The notes below the pieces were generated by a model, which saw nothing but the letters and a program-made list of their open reading frames with translations, was not told where the DNA came from and ran no database searches. 64,000 bases of DNA from Eledone cirrhosa. Taxonomy: Eukaryota. The stretch covers positions 28,892,001-28,956,000 of the forward strand of contig OZ024756.1 of assembly GCA_964016885.1 (NCBI GenBank), in the 5' to 3' direction. The position numbers and the translations under genes are program-made. Positions 15,071 through 28,928 of the stretch are shown piece by piece (within the stretch, counting starts at the first letter, position 1; the number at the start of each line of letters is the position of its first letter).

Positions 15071-17205
15071 ATTTGGGTGCCCCGTTTTTTTATGGGGGGG
15101 TCCGTTTTTTATTTGGGAGCCCCGTTTTTTTATGGGGGGGTCCGTTTTTAATTTGGGGTGCCCCGTTTTTTTATGGGGGGGGTCCGTTTTTTATTGGGGT
15201 GCCCCGTTTTTATTTGGGTACCCCGTTTTTTTATTTGGGGTGCCCCGTTTTTTATTTGGGTGCCCCGTTTTTTATTTGGGTGCCCGTTTTTATTGGGTGC
15301 CCCGTTTTTTTTATGGGGGGGTCCGTTTTTTATTTGGGTACCCGTTTTTTATTTGGGTGCCCCGTTTTTTTATGGGGGGGTCCATTTTTTATTTGGGTGC
15401 CCCGTTTTTTATTTGGGTGCCCCGTTTTTTATTTGGGTGACCCGTTTTTTATTTGGGTGCCCGTTTTTTTATGGGGGGTCCGTTTTTTATTTGGATACCC
15501 CGTTGTTTATTTGGGTGCCCCGTTTTTTTTTATGGGGGGGGTCCGTTTTTATTTGGGTACCCCGTTTTTTATTTGGGTGCCCCGTTTTTTTATGGGGGGG
15601 GTCCGTTTTTTATTTGGATACCCCGTTTTTTATTTGGGTGCCCCTTTTTTTATGGGGGGGGGTCTGTTTTTTATTTGGATACCCCGTTTTTTATTTGGGT
15701 GTCCCGTTTTTTTATGGGGGGGGGGTCCGTTTTTTATGGAGGGGTCCGTTTTTATTTTGGTGCCCCGTTTTTTTATGGGGGGGGTCCGTTTTTTATTTGG
15801 GTGCCCCGTTTTTTTATGGGGGGGTCCGTTTTTTATCTGGGTGTCCCGTTTTTTATTTGGGTACCCCGTTTTTTATTTGGGTGCCCCGTTTTTTTATGGA
15901 GGGGGTCCCGTTTTTTATTTGGGTGCCCCGTTTTTTATTTGGGTGCCCCGTTTTTTATTTGGGTGCCCCGTTTTTTTATGGGGGGGTCCGTTTTTTATTT
16001 GGGTGCCCCGTTTTTTATGGGGGGTCCGTTTTTTATTTGGGTACCCCGTTTTTTATTTGGGTGCCCCGTTTTTTTATGGGGGGGGTCCGTTTTTTATTTG
16101 GGTGCTCCGTTTTTTTATGGGGGGGTCCGTTTTTTATTTGGGTACCCCGTTTTTTATTTAAAAAAAGACCCCCCCCCTCGCATAAAAAAACGGGCACCCA
16201 AATAAAAAACGGGGTACCCAAATAAAAAACGGACCACCCCCCATAAAAAAACGGGGCACCCAAATAAAAAACGGACCCCCCCCCCCCCATAAAAAACGGG
16301 GCACCCAAATAAAAAACGGAACCCCCCATAAAAAAACGGTGTACCCAAATAAAAAACGGACCCCCCCCCCCCATAAAAAAACCGGGCACCCAAATAAAAA
16401 ACGGGGCACCCAAATAAAAAATGGGGCACCCAAATTAAAAAACGGGGCACCCAAATAAAAGACGGGGCACCCAAATAGAAAACGGGGCACACAAATAAAA
16501 ACGGGGCACTCAAATAAAAAACGGACCCCCCCCCATAAAAAAACGGGGCACCCAAATAAAAAACGGACCCCCCCCCCATAAAAAACGGGGCACCCAATAA
16601 AAAACGGGGCACCCAAATAAAAATGGGGCACCCAAATAAAAAACGGGGCACCCAAATAAAAAACGGGGCACCCAAATAAAAACGGGGCACTCAAATAAAA
16701 AACGGTCCCCCCCATAAAAAACCGGGCACCCAAATAAAAAACGGAACCCCCCATAAAAAAACGGGGCACCCAAATAAAAAACGGACCCCCCCATAAAAAA
16801 ACGGGGCACCCAAATAAAAAACGGAACCCCCCCCCCCCATAAAAAAACCTGGGCACCCAAATAAAAAAACGGAACCTCCCCCCATAAAAAAACGGGGCAC
16901 CCAAATAAAAAACGGACCCCCCCCCCCCATAAAAAAACGGGGCACCCAAATAAAAAAACGGACCCCCCCCCCATAAAAAAAACGGGGCACCCAAATAAAA
17001 AATGGGGCACCCAAATAAAAAACGGACCCCCCCATAAAAAACGGGCACCCAAATAAAAAATGGGGCACCCAAATAAAAACGGACCCCCCCATAAAAAACG
17101 GGGGCACCCAAATAAAAAATGGGGCACCCAAATAAAAAACGGACCCCCCATAAAAAACGGGGCACCCAAATAAAAAATGGACCCCCCCCCCCCATAAAAA
17201 AACGG
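15071..17205. repeat. About 20-bp satellite (ATTTGGGTGCCCCGTTTTTT / ATGGGGGGGTCCGTTTTTT) with orientation switch near 16160
   Basis: Direct inspection; abuts the assembly gap. Confidence 0.95.
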
Positions 17206-17883
17206 GTTTATATTACTAGACATATGGTAAGGAAACAATTTAAGTAATTCCCAAACAGGATCTGAGTAATACTGAGAGAGAGAAAATTACTGATAGTCAG
17301 TTTGGCAATATTTCCAATATAGTTCGTCGACATACTTTCAATCACATGTTGTTGAAGCACCGACGGCTTTCTGACAAGGTTTATCATCGAATCTATAGCA
17401 CAGTGAAACCTGGGTCCCCGAAACCCTCTCCCCACTCACTACTCACTGTGATCGGGATGGTGTTAGGCCACCCAGAAGAATGAGCTCCACTGTCAACGTA
17501 TTTACCCCGCTAAACCCCGGGGTAACGCCTTTTAAATTATTTCATTAATAAAGTAGTCCACCAATGGGATATTGTTTTTTTTTTGGGGGGGGGGGGTTCT
17601 AGGGTTGCTGAATGGAGGTCAATGTGGTAATCATTTATAGTGCTTCTGGTGATAATGATATGTAACCCGCTATATATTTCCTTGTTTCACTAAATTGAAC
17701 ATAACATTAAGTATAATGTATTGAAACATGTGTAAAGTAATTAAATGATTGAAAAGAATTCCATTCAGGACTGAGTGGACCCGACGTTTAATTGAATTTA
17801 ACAAAGTCATCGTCACACACACACGCACACACAGTAAGGTACTCAATACATAGCAGAGTTTAATAAATATTTAATATAGAAAT

Positions 17884-17934
17884 GGCTTCGACAGGACTAG
17901 ATCTGTTTCATTCGGTAGAAATCATCAGGAAGCC
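17884..17934 (-). ncRNA. Type I hammerhead ribozyme (family A)
   Basis: Reverse complement GGCTTC-CTGATGA-TTTCTACCGAAT-GAAA-CAG(atctagtc)CTG-TC-GAAGCC; GUC triplet; stem I covaries with the 10057 copy. Confidence 0.87.
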
Positions 17935-18678
17935 CTGATATATATATATATATACACACACACTATATATATGTTTTTAATTAAACATACAGTATATTTC
18001 AAATATACTATACATACATTCATGTATACAACGCTATTTCAGAGCGCCAATCCTAATACCATATATATGTATGTGTGTGTGTGTGTAAAAGGTAAACAGA
18101 AATAACAACACAATCAGTAATATGTATATATGTATGTACATTCATTTAATTTATTGATATTTTATTTGAGTGACCCGAATCTTCCTGGTCGTTCTTTTTC
18201 GGCTGCACGGGTGATTTTAGGCATAATCTCTATGTGTTAGTATTTTAACGATAGTTATAGCTCTGATTTATCCAAATTATTGAGCCCTCTGCCACACAAG
18301 TCGGATATTGTTTATCGTGATTTCGTGGGTTGATATTCCGATTCTCGATTATTCTACTATATGTATGTATGCATATTTGTTCACACGCGTACATATAAAC
18401 GCTTGTGCACGTATGTATGTGTAAGTAGAGACGGTAAGGAGAGAGAAAGAAAGGATAGAGAGAGATGGCGTGAGATAATGATTTGCGTAGAAAATATAAA
18501 AAGTTGGATAATAGACAGAGAGGGTGAGAGTGAGAGAGGCGAATACAAGGCGAGAAAGAGAGAGAGTGAGAGGCGTGTCGGTGTGGAGTCTAACTGCTTC
18601 GTATTTAGTGGTTGTTTGTAGTTGACAGGCTTGAATACATTTCACGGGTAAGTTAAGTATTACTACTATCAACATATA

Positions 18679-18784
<106 letters not shown>

Positions 18785-18897
18785 ATGTATATGTATATAC
18801 GTACATACATATATATATATATGTATGTATATATGTATATACATATACGTACGTATATATATATACGTACGTACATATATATATACGTACGTACATA

Positions 18898-18939
<42 letters not shown>

Positions 18940-19007
18940 CGTACGTACATATATATATGTGTATATATATATATACATACGTACATACATACATATATGT
19001 ATGTATG

Positions 19008-19038
<31 letters not shown>

Positions 19039-19050
19039 GTATGTATATAT

Positions 19051-19082
<32 letters not shown>

Positions 19083-19087
19083 GTATG

Positions 19088-19155
<68 letters not shown>

Positions 19156-19159
19156 TACG

Positions 19160-19203
<44 letters not shown>

Positions 19204-19223
19204 CGTATGTATATATATATGTA

Positions 19224-19279
<56 letters not shown>

Positions 19280-19462
19280 CATATATATATGTATGTGTAT
19301 ATATATATATTATATATATATACATACGTACATACATACATACATATATATATATGTATGTATTTTATGTTTGTATGTCTATAAGTATGTATCTAACTAT
19401 TACACACACACTCTCTCTCTCTCTCTCTGTATGTATGTATGTATGTATGTATGTATAGAGAG

Positions 19463-19510
<48 letters not shown>

Positions 19511-21026
19511 ATATATGTATGTATATGTTTATATATATATATATATATGCATATGTGTGTGTGTATGTATATTCGCATAAAACACGTAGCTATGCCTGTG
19601 CCTAAACTATAAACAAGCTATAAGAGAATTTGTGAATACACTAGCCCTCGTTATGTACGTTAAGTTATATTCGTCTAGCATGATGTGACTTACTGTTAGT
19701 TGTGACAAACCTGCGGATATGATGGGGGTGTGTGTGTGTGTGTGGGGGGGGGGGGTGAAGTCGCTATCCCCCTTCTTACTCTAAAATTAGTCCAGAAAAT
19801 CTAACATGTCCCGGCGACCGAAGGTTGTGTTACTCATAGGAATATTCTAACCCTAGATGAAAATTATCTATGCTAGACGGTAATCTGAACTCCTATATGA
19901 CATACTCAATGAACTCTATAAATGATACTTAGTTAAAGTAGTAAATAAACAAAATATTATTAAATATTGTAGGTAACAAGACACCGAAGTGCCAGGACCT
20001 TATTTTTATGGGAGGGGGCAATTTTTGTTGTTGTCAAAATAGGGGTTCGTTCTCGAGGGTGAAGCCTCATCGACAACGAGAAATCCGGCAGACCTGCCAA
20101 CCTCTATAAATCCAAACGAGGAGTGCCATGTAAAAAAAAAATAAATAAATAAATAAATAAATAAATTTAAAAAAAAAAAAATGCGACAAAACGGGAAGAA
20201 ATGAGGCAAAATGGGGAGATATTACATAACTGTTTCTATTTTAGGCACAAGGCCAGCAATTAACCAGTACATTACTGGTACTTTAATTTATCGACCCCGT
20301 AAGGATTAAAGGCAAAGTCAACCTCGGCAGGATTTGAACTCAGATCGTAAAGGGACGTAACTATGCTGGCAAGCATGGCGTCCGACCCTCTACCGATACT
20401 GTCAATCCACCGCCCGGGGAGATTTTACATAATGAAAGCTATACCCATTTTTCACACGATAAAACATCTCCAGCCACCGCAAAGATCTCCTCGTCGGACG
20501 GGGTGGGGGGGGGTTGACAGATCTAAATACGGTGTATTCTGTTTATCTGTTAATTTCTTTGTTTACTCATTGAACTGTTGTTTTTTTCCCTTCGTTTCTT
20601 ACATCAATAATGTTGTCGGATTTTGTTGTTGTTTCTTTTACCTCTAAATATTCCGGCTATACGCCTTCTTCCGCTTGCCTACTCCACCAGATATACACTG
20701 ACCTACTTCGATTAAATATTTGGTTGTTTCTTATTCTAAAATGAAAAGAAAAAAAAAAGAATGTTGACATTTGATTTATTTTAGGCAATAGTGACATGCA
20801 TCGAGTGAATCAAGAGACTTGCGTAGTTAGCAGATTACAATCCATGACAATGAAACATGCCAATGTATGGGCCTTCGTTGTGTACCAGGGGAACTAACTA
20901 CCATCTCCTTGTCTCCCCGCACCCTCCTCAAATGTTGCTTTCGAACGTAATTACTGCTGTTCACCCGCTACTTTCTCAACTGCTAGACTGCTATCCCCTT
21001 TTTCTGCTATCCCTTTTTGTCATTGT

Positions 21027-21685
21027 GGCCCCACTGTCAAAGTTAGGGCTGTCTCCACCCATTTCTCATCGCAGCTCCAGAACCAGAGTTAGTAATACCT
21101 TCACTGCCACCCCCTTCCCATCGAAGCCCCACTGCCAAAGTTAGGGCTGTCTCCATTGCCACCCCTTTCTCATTGGAGTCCCACTGCCAGAGTTAGTAAT
21201 ACCTTCACTGCCACCCCTTCCCATCGAAGCACCACCGCCAAAGTTAGGGCTGTCTCCATTGCCACCCCTTTCTCATTGGAGTCCCACTGCCAGAGTTAGT
21301 AATACCTTCACTGTCACCCCCTTCCCATCGAAGCCCCACCACCAAAGTTAGGGCTGTCTCCATTGTCACCCCGTTTCTCATTGGAGTCCCACTGCCAGAG
21401 TTAGTAATACCTTCACTGCTACCCCCTTCCTATCGAAGCCCCACTGCCAAAGTTAGGGCTGTCTCCATTGCCACCCCTTTCTCATTGGAGTCCCACTGCC
21501 AGAGTTAGTAATACCTTCACTGCCACCCCCTTCCCATCGGAGCCCTACTGCCAGAGTTAGGGCTATCTCCATTGCCAGCCCTTTCTCATCGCAGCTCCAT
21601 TACCAGAGTTAGTAATACCTTCACTGCTACCCGCTTCCATCGGAGCTCCACTGCCAGAGTTAGGGCTGTCTCCACCGCTAACCCC
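21027..21685. repeat. Dimeric minisatellite (two alternating subunits of about 50 bp)
   Basis: ccactgccaaagttagggctgtctcc.. alternating with ccactgccagagttagtaatacc.. Confidence 0.9.
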
Positions 21686-21689
21686 TTCT

Positions 21690-22110
21690 ACATCTACCGA
21701 TAGTCAACGAATTCTGGTGCTGCAGTTGATGGCCTGTGCCCCAATCTTATTAGGGTTGCTATTTCCCCGTCGACCTGTCAAGCCGTCTCGAATTCTTGGA
21801 GAATCTCACTCAGTTTGTAAATACGTTCTCATCTGAGAGTACCCCTCCCCTATATACGTCCTTGTCCTTTAGTGCTAAACTGTTCGGCCTCGTAAAACCC
21901 AACGGTGACCTCCGCCCCATTGCTGTTGAGTCACGATAAAAGTATATTTGTCGTCGGTTCAGACTGCCTGGTCGTGGAATGCACCGCTGTTCAGCTGGGA
22001 ATGGGTACTTACTTTTCTAGGATGTGAAGCAGCGACCCCCGCCACAAGAACTTTCACCAATTTGTCTTCTGAGATACCCTACTGTTGTCTTCAAACTTGA
22101 TTTCAGGAAT
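21690..22110 (+). mobile_element. Degenerate CRE-like reverse transcriptase fragment
   Basis: SGAAVDGLCPNL and SAKLFGLVKPNGDLRPIAV motifs with stops and frameshifts. Confidence 0.65.
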
Positions 22111-22775
22111 GAATTCAATTCCTTCTAGTGGCAGTTTCAGGTGGTTTGATATCAAAAGGGTTAAGCTGACTGTACCAATGTGTCAAATGACGGAGGGATA
22201 TCTTCTGTATGGAGTAACCCGGTTACACACAAGACGATACAACCATGGTGTATAAGGAAGCTGAGAAAAAGTTTGAAAATGTTATTTAAAAAAAATAATA
22301 ACGAACAAAAACAAATACAAACAAACTATGCAGATAGAAAATAGACGCTGTATCGTATAACATTTTGCAATTTAATAGAAGTTAGGAAATTCAATTCCTT
22401 CTCTTCCATCGTCGTTCCCTCTGCCCTAACGGAAGAGTTTCTACGAATCTAATCCAGTTGTTTCATTATTGGGCGTGACATCAATAAACCTGTTACCAAA
22501 TCTAATGATATCTTACAACATATTGATCTAAGCTATTGTTATCACTTTCTCTAACTACTATTCATTTGAAAAATCTTTTACGACACAGCAATTCATTTCT
22601 CTCTGCATATCGATTTTTTTTTTCTTTTTTTTTTTTTGTTGGGGTGGTTAAGAATATCTTCAAACTTTTCCTCTGCTCCCTTATATACACCCTTATCGTT
22701 TCCTCGAGTGTGCAACCGAATAAGTCCATCCAGAAGATATGTTTCTGCTATTCATCATGTTTTAATGCAGTCAGC

Positions 22776-23491
22776 TTAACCCTTTTGATATCAAACCGCC
22801 TGAAATTGCCCCTGGTTCTATCATACTAAGTTGTTTATTTTAAAGTATTTATATTTATCTAATACGTTCCACATGGCTTAGTGGTTAGAGCGTCGGGCTT
22901 ACAATCCTGAGGTTGCGAGTTCGATTCTCAGACCGGATGATGCTGGACACTTTATTTCATGTTACTCCAGTTTACTCAGCTGTAGAAATGAGTTGCGATG
23001 TCACTAGTGGCAAGTTGTATTGGCCATTGCCTTTCCTTTGGACAACATCGGTGGTGTCAAGAGGGAAAACTGATATCACTAGTGCAAGTTGTATTGGCCA
23101 TTGCCTTTCCTTTGGACAACATCGGTGTTGTCGAGAGGGAAAACTGATATGCATGGACGACTGCTGGTCTCCCGCAAACCTTTCCCGGGCTTGTGCCTCG
23201 GAGGGGAACTTTCTAGGGACAAATCCTATGGTCATTCGTGACCGAAGAGGATCTTTACCTTCCACCATAATTTTATGTTAAGCAATGGTTCAAGCACCAG
23301 ATAAATAATGAGAATGTTATATTATTAAATGTTTCCATATATTTTTAGGTAAGTTATGATCCACATAACAATTTAATATATTGCAAGTTTGTTATATTAC
23401 TAAATCCTTCTAAGTTCTTGATTGTTTTCAAAATTCATTTGAAAATCATTGGCAGTATCTTTCATTATAAATAAAGTAACGAAAGGGTTAA
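22776..23491. mobile_element. piggyBac-like non-autonomous element hosting a SINE
   Basis: TTAA-CCCTTT ... AAAGGG-TTAA; inverted copy of the left end at 22125-22164; similar ends at 54495-54808 and 60284-60502. Confidence 0.6.
22873..23262 (+). mobile_element. Second tRNA-derived SINE family (CORE-like); relatives at 36822-37005(-), 39270-39480(-), 47255-47510(+), 62686-62865(+), 29760-30030(-)
   Basis: TGGCTTAGTGG A box, GAGTTCGATTC B box, gacactttatttcaYgttRctcc core. Confidence 0.8.
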
Positions 23492-23874
23492 AATATCCCA
23501 AGAACCAGCTTTGCATGTGAGGGGTAAGTGAGGTTCAACCTAGGGCCTCATAATTAAGGGATAAGTAGCGACATCTCGTTTTAAATATACAATAAAATAT
23601 AGAACAAAATATAACTAAGAAGCACAACACTTTTGTGAAAATCTGGTCATAGGGTGCATAATATTGGGCCCAGGCTGTACGACAGCTTGAACAAACCACC
23701 GGAAAGATGGTTATGAGACGGCACAACGAGAGACGGAAAAACAACAGAGTGCCTTTAACTTATGACAGTAAAGCGGGGTTCGTAAACAAATTACAATAAA
23801 TTGTCTCACAGCTGGAAACAGAACAGAATGCAGTACAGACACATTATACAAATGGCTATTATATATATATATAC

Positions 23875-23974
<100 letters not shown>

Positions 23975-24004
23975 ATATATATAATATATATATAATATAT
24001 ATAT

Positions 24005-24035
<31 letters not shown>

Positions 24036-24041
24036 ATATAT

Positions 24042-24144
<103 letters not shown>

Positions 24145-24175
24145 TATATATATAATATATATATATATAATATAT

Positions 24176-24261
<86 letters not shown>

Positions 24262-24277
24262 TATATATATAATATAT

Positions 24278-24402
<125 letters not shown>

Positions 24403-24443
24403 AAATGAAAATCCGAAGGCAAGGTAAAATTCCAATCATTTAA

Positions 24444-24517
24444 TCACGACACATGTTTCAATAAGAGATAGATCGATTGTGAAGCCATGATCGATTATCA
24501 CTGATCTCATCAGGTGA
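24444..24517 (-). ncRNA. Type I hammerhead ribozyme with long stem II
   Basis: Reverse complement TCAC-CTGATGA-(long hairpin containing ATCGAT..ATCGAT)-GAAA-CATGTG-TC-GTGA. Confidence 0.65.
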
Positions 24518-24607
24518 AAATGGAATTGGAGATATACAAAAGCGTGGAGAACTTAATATTGCTAACATAAATTTATTGGACCATTTTACACAACCAATAA
24601 TGCACCT

Positions 24608-24658
<51 letters not shown>

Positions 24659-24664
<6 letters not shown>

Positions 24665-24845
24665 ATAGAAGGAGCTTCTACAGGACTAGTACTGTTTCAT
24701 TCAGATGAAATCTTCAGGAAGCTGGGTGTCATATTAAGTTCTGGTATTTATTATAAATACCAGAACTTAATATGACACCCAGCTTCCTGAAGATTTCATC
24801 TGAATGAAACAGTACTAGTCCTGTAGAAGCTCCTTCTATACAATA
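24659..24845. ncRNA. Two family A hammerheads (24673-24723 minus, 24781-24831 plus) within a perfect palindrome
   Basis: AGCTTC-CTGAAGA-...-GAAA-CAG..CTG-TA-GAAGCT on each arm; about 93-bp arms centred at 24752. Confidence 0.85.
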
Positions 24846-25061
24846 AATATATTTTACTCTGCCATGTATTGAGTACCTTACTTACTGTGGTTATCCCCGA
24901 CTCAACCCGGGACCTACGTATATATATATATATATATGCAAAAGTTCTATTTAAATTGTTGGGATACAACATGCAAATATTATTATAACTGATATAAAGC
25001 ACTCGACAAATATTTGAAAGGGTACGTCAATATCTATTTGTAAGACTGTTATATATTGTAT

Positions 25062-25120
25062 TTTGTCTGATGAAGGCATACCATGATTTAACTTGGTGTC
25101 CTTGAAATATATATAATGAA
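25062..25120 (+). ncRNA. Hammerhead (family C); other copies at 40805-40865 (+) and 36445-36504 (-)
   Basis: CTGATGA / CTGAAGA / CTGAGGA in the three copies, then a stem II hairpin and GAAATATATATA. Confidence 0.6.
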
Positions 25121-25180
25121 ATAAATATGGTTTTATAAATATAGTTTCCATTTATTAATATTGTATATATATATATATAA

Positions 25181-25236
<56 letters not shown>

Positions 25237-25537
25237 AGTATTTATTCACACCTGTCCTATTATACTCCACCTCCACCACCACCACTCACGCACTGCAAGG
25301 CAACATAGCACACATATTTACCATTCAAGAAAACACACCTTCACTCATTTGCTGAGATGGCTGACCCAGAACTGTATAACATCAACAACAACAACAACAA
25401 TGCTAGCAATATATCTGTAGTATTATTATTACTACCTATTCGATCGACATTTTTGTTAGAAATAGCAGCCAAACGTCCCTCAAATCACACCGTGTTGTCT
25501 TTAAAAAAATCCTTTAAAAAAACAAAAAAACTGATAT

Positions 25538-26117
25538 AATTGTTTCTACTTTAGGCACAAGGCCAGCAATTACCCAGTGCATTACTGGTACTTTATTTTA
25601 TCGACCCCGTAAGGATGAAAGGCAAAGTTAACCTCGGCGGGATTTGAACTCAGAATGGCAAGGGCCGTAACTCTATCGTCCGACCCTCTACCAATACTGC
25701 CAATCCACCGCCCTATAAAGTAATAATAATTGTTTATACTTTTGGCACAAGGCCAGCAATTATCCCAGTGCATTACTGGTACTTTATTTTATCGACCCCG
25801 TAAGGATGAAAGGCAAAGTCAACCTCGGCGGGATTTGAACTCAGATCGTAAAGGGCCGTAACTCTTTGCTGCAAAGCGTGGCGTCAGACCCTCTACCGAT
25901 ACTGCCAATCCACCGCCCTATAAAGTAATAATAATTGTTTCTACTTTAGGCACAAGGCCAGCAATTACCCAGTGCATTACTGGTACTTTATTTTATCGAC
26001 CCCGTAAGGATGAAAGGCAAAGTCAACCTCGGCGGGATTTGAACTCAGATCGTAAAGGGACGTAACTATGCTGGAAAGCATGGCGTCCGACCCTCTACCG
26101 ATACTGCCAATCCACCG
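25538..26117 (-). mobile_element. Three head-to-tail SINE copies
   Basis: About 197-bp period, same family as 10793. Confidence 0.9.
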
Positions 26118-26663
26118 AAAGTAATAATAATGATATCAATCTAGAGAAGAGGCTCAAATGTCATATAGCTCAAGGCCTCAGCGGGTGAATGCCCAGCCCT
26201 CACTCGTCTACTTTCAAGTATGGAGTTGATAGAACTGGTACGAAATTGTTAAATGTTTCTATTGAATGTGATATGTCTCGTGAGAGGCTACAGAGTATTA
26301 ATTCAGTTGAAATGTGTATAGTGTAGGATGTGATGTTTTGAAACTGGTATTGTTCATAGATAATGGCAATACTGTAAAATATTATTTTTAGAGCTATTTA
26401 TTTATATATTTATTTTGTATATTTTTCTGTTATTCTGTTGTTGCTACGTCGCCATTGAAAGACAAAGAGTACTTCAAACCTGTATTTTCAATAATATGTA
26501 TGCTTAGATATATATTGAGTCGCCAAGTATGAACAAAAACGAACAAATTTCATACTTGACGACTCAATATTACTCTTTTACTCCTTACCTCTTCCAGCCA
26601 TCCGGCTGAGGCCATGCTGGGGCACCACCCTTCAAAATACCAAATACATACACACACACACAT

Positions 26664-26704
<41 letters not shown>

Positions 26705-26929
26705 AGTAGAAGCTTAGTAAAATCGAAGCTTTGGCTGTGGCCAAGCAAAGTCGACCTACAATAAGGAATGAGCAGCAAAGCACTCAATAAGGGTAATTAG
26801 AGTAATAACATACGTTTAAATAGCTTGACAAATTGAAAATTGCGGTAGGCAAAACCCAACCATACAATACCAAAGTAACGAAAGAACTAATCAGGTTAAA
26901 AACAGATACATATATTACATATATATCAG

Positions 26930-27065
26930 GGCTTCCTGGTGATTTCTCCCGAATGAAACAGTTCTAGTCCTGTAGAAGCCTTTTCTATATTAAATATTTA
27001 TACTCTGCTTTGTATTGAGTACCTTACTTACTGTGGTTACTCCGATTGAACCCGGGATAAACTTA
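26930..27065 (+). mobile_element. Family A hammerhead element, core mutated (CTGGTGA)
   Basis: Same stems; shares the 3' body (..gtattgagtaccttacttactgtgg..) with copies near 8540-8710, 17830-17940 and 24845-24920. Confidence 0.75.
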
Positions 27066-27499
27066 TATATATATACGTATGTATGTATAAAGAGGGTGTG
27101 GTAAGATATCAGGTGGACCATAGCGCACCAGAGTACTCAATACTTATGGTAATAGAGTGGGTAATAGGAAAAGAGTCAGGACCCCGACGGTTGAGCTCCG
27201 GCCGTTTCGACAGCTAGATCGGATCTAGCTGTCGAAACGGCCGGAGCTCAAGTGTCGAAGTTCTGATTATTTTCCTATATATGTATATATATATAGGAAA
27301 ATGTTCAAGACCCCGACGGCAGAACTCAAGCCGTTTCGACGGCTATTTCTGGAAATAGCCGAAACGGCTTGAGCTCTGCCGTCGAGGTCTTGAACTTTTT
27401 CCTATTACCCGCTCTACTACCCTAAGTATTCAGCACTCTGGTGCGCTATGGTCCATCTGGTTCCTTACCACGCTTCCTTCGTTATGTATATATATATAC

Positions 27500-27535
<36 letters not shown>

Positions 27536-27895
27536 ACACAACACATTTAAATTCTCTATATTTATACAAGTTATCTACTAGTAACTGACCCTGTTCTATT
27601 GAATTGGAGCAGACATAGTTACATAGGATCTACCAGTCAAGGATTTTATTTAATTTGTTATTCTACTCCCCCCCCCCTCTCTTTATTCTATTTTATTTTT
27701 TTTATTTTATGTTAATTACTGAATGCTTGTAGTAGCACGTGACTCTCATTAGAGATATGTGAATGCTATCAAATCTCGTTAAAATTTTTCTGTACTGTAA
27801 GTAGATTCATTACGATAGAACTTCCTATATTTGTTTCTCTAACAAATACTCAGTTGTATACTGTATATTTTAGAGATATTCACAAGTTAATGGTG

Positions 27896-27955
<60 letters not shown>

Positions 27956-27968
27956 ATATATCTATCTA

Positions 27969-28014
<46 letters not shown>

Positions 28015-28017
<3 letters not shown>

Positions 28018-28092
28018 GGTGTCCTTAAAAATGTTTACACACTTCAACAGCATTCTAATCAAAGTTGGTATACATTTTTGGGGGACACCCTG
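28015..28092. mobile_element. Tc1/mariner mini-MITE
   Basis: CAGGGTGTCC...GGACACCCTG next to TA. Confidence 0.75.
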
Positions 28093-28194
28093 TATATATT
28101 TAAACATTTACCTCCTTACAAAACTATGACCAATATATACTTCCGTTTATTTTTGTGTAATAACGACAACATTACACAACGGAAATTATAATTA

Positions 28195-28476
28195 CTAGCT
28201 GTAGACCGGTTTTCCTAAGGACACAAAGAAACACGCACACACACCTACACACACATAAACACATACACACACACATACAGAAACATACACACAGGTTTTT
28301 GCACGCGTGTGACAGACTTGCGCTTAAAATTCCCGCATTTTTAATCCAAACTTTTTGTGTGGTAACAACTCTCTCTCACACATTATTTCTCTCTCAATAA
28401 CAACAACAACAACCTGTCTTAATAGTGAGGGTCTTTTTTTTAAAATCTCTGTTGCGTTGTCTATATGCTGAAGGAC

Positions 28477-28527
<51 letters not shown>

Positions 28528-28699
28528 AACAGCAACAACAAAATCCCCGTATTTTTTTCGTTTGTTCGTATGTTACGTTTTAGTTAGTTAGAGAGAGGAG
28601 GAGGCGAAGTGAGTGAGAGGTGGAGTATTATTTCCCTTTCTATGTATACAGAGAGCGTGGCGGACGGACGAACAGACACGGCTCTTATCGTAGAATAGA
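28195..28699 (-). mobile_element. Non-autonomous Helitron
   Basis: On minus strand a|TCTATT...(CGTC)n...CAGCTAG|t; AT target site. Confidence 0.65.
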
Positions 28700-28928
28700 T
28701 TTTGATTCGTTCGATTGTAGTCATAAAATTTTTAAATGAAATGAAAAATTGAAGTGGGAAAAAACATTAGATGTTGCTGTAATTCAAAGAGCCAGTCTTG
28801 TCACACACATTGTGTCATGTTGAATCAGTACGTGTGTTTTGATTGGCAACATGACCCTTCCAAAGTACAACAGTGTTTTAATATATATTTAAAAGGGAAC
28901 ACAGAAACCCCCTGGCCTATAAGGCCCT

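Noticed and set aside
14599-17238. 250-520 aa FFIWVPRF-type ORFs
   Set aside because: Satellite read-through, open in all frames and crossing an N gap
21027-21685. TTAGGG motifs as interstitial telomere
   Set aside because: Single hexamers inside a longer minisatellite unit
22873-22945. tRNA gene
   Set aside because: A/B boxes belong to a SINE head; no full cloverleaf
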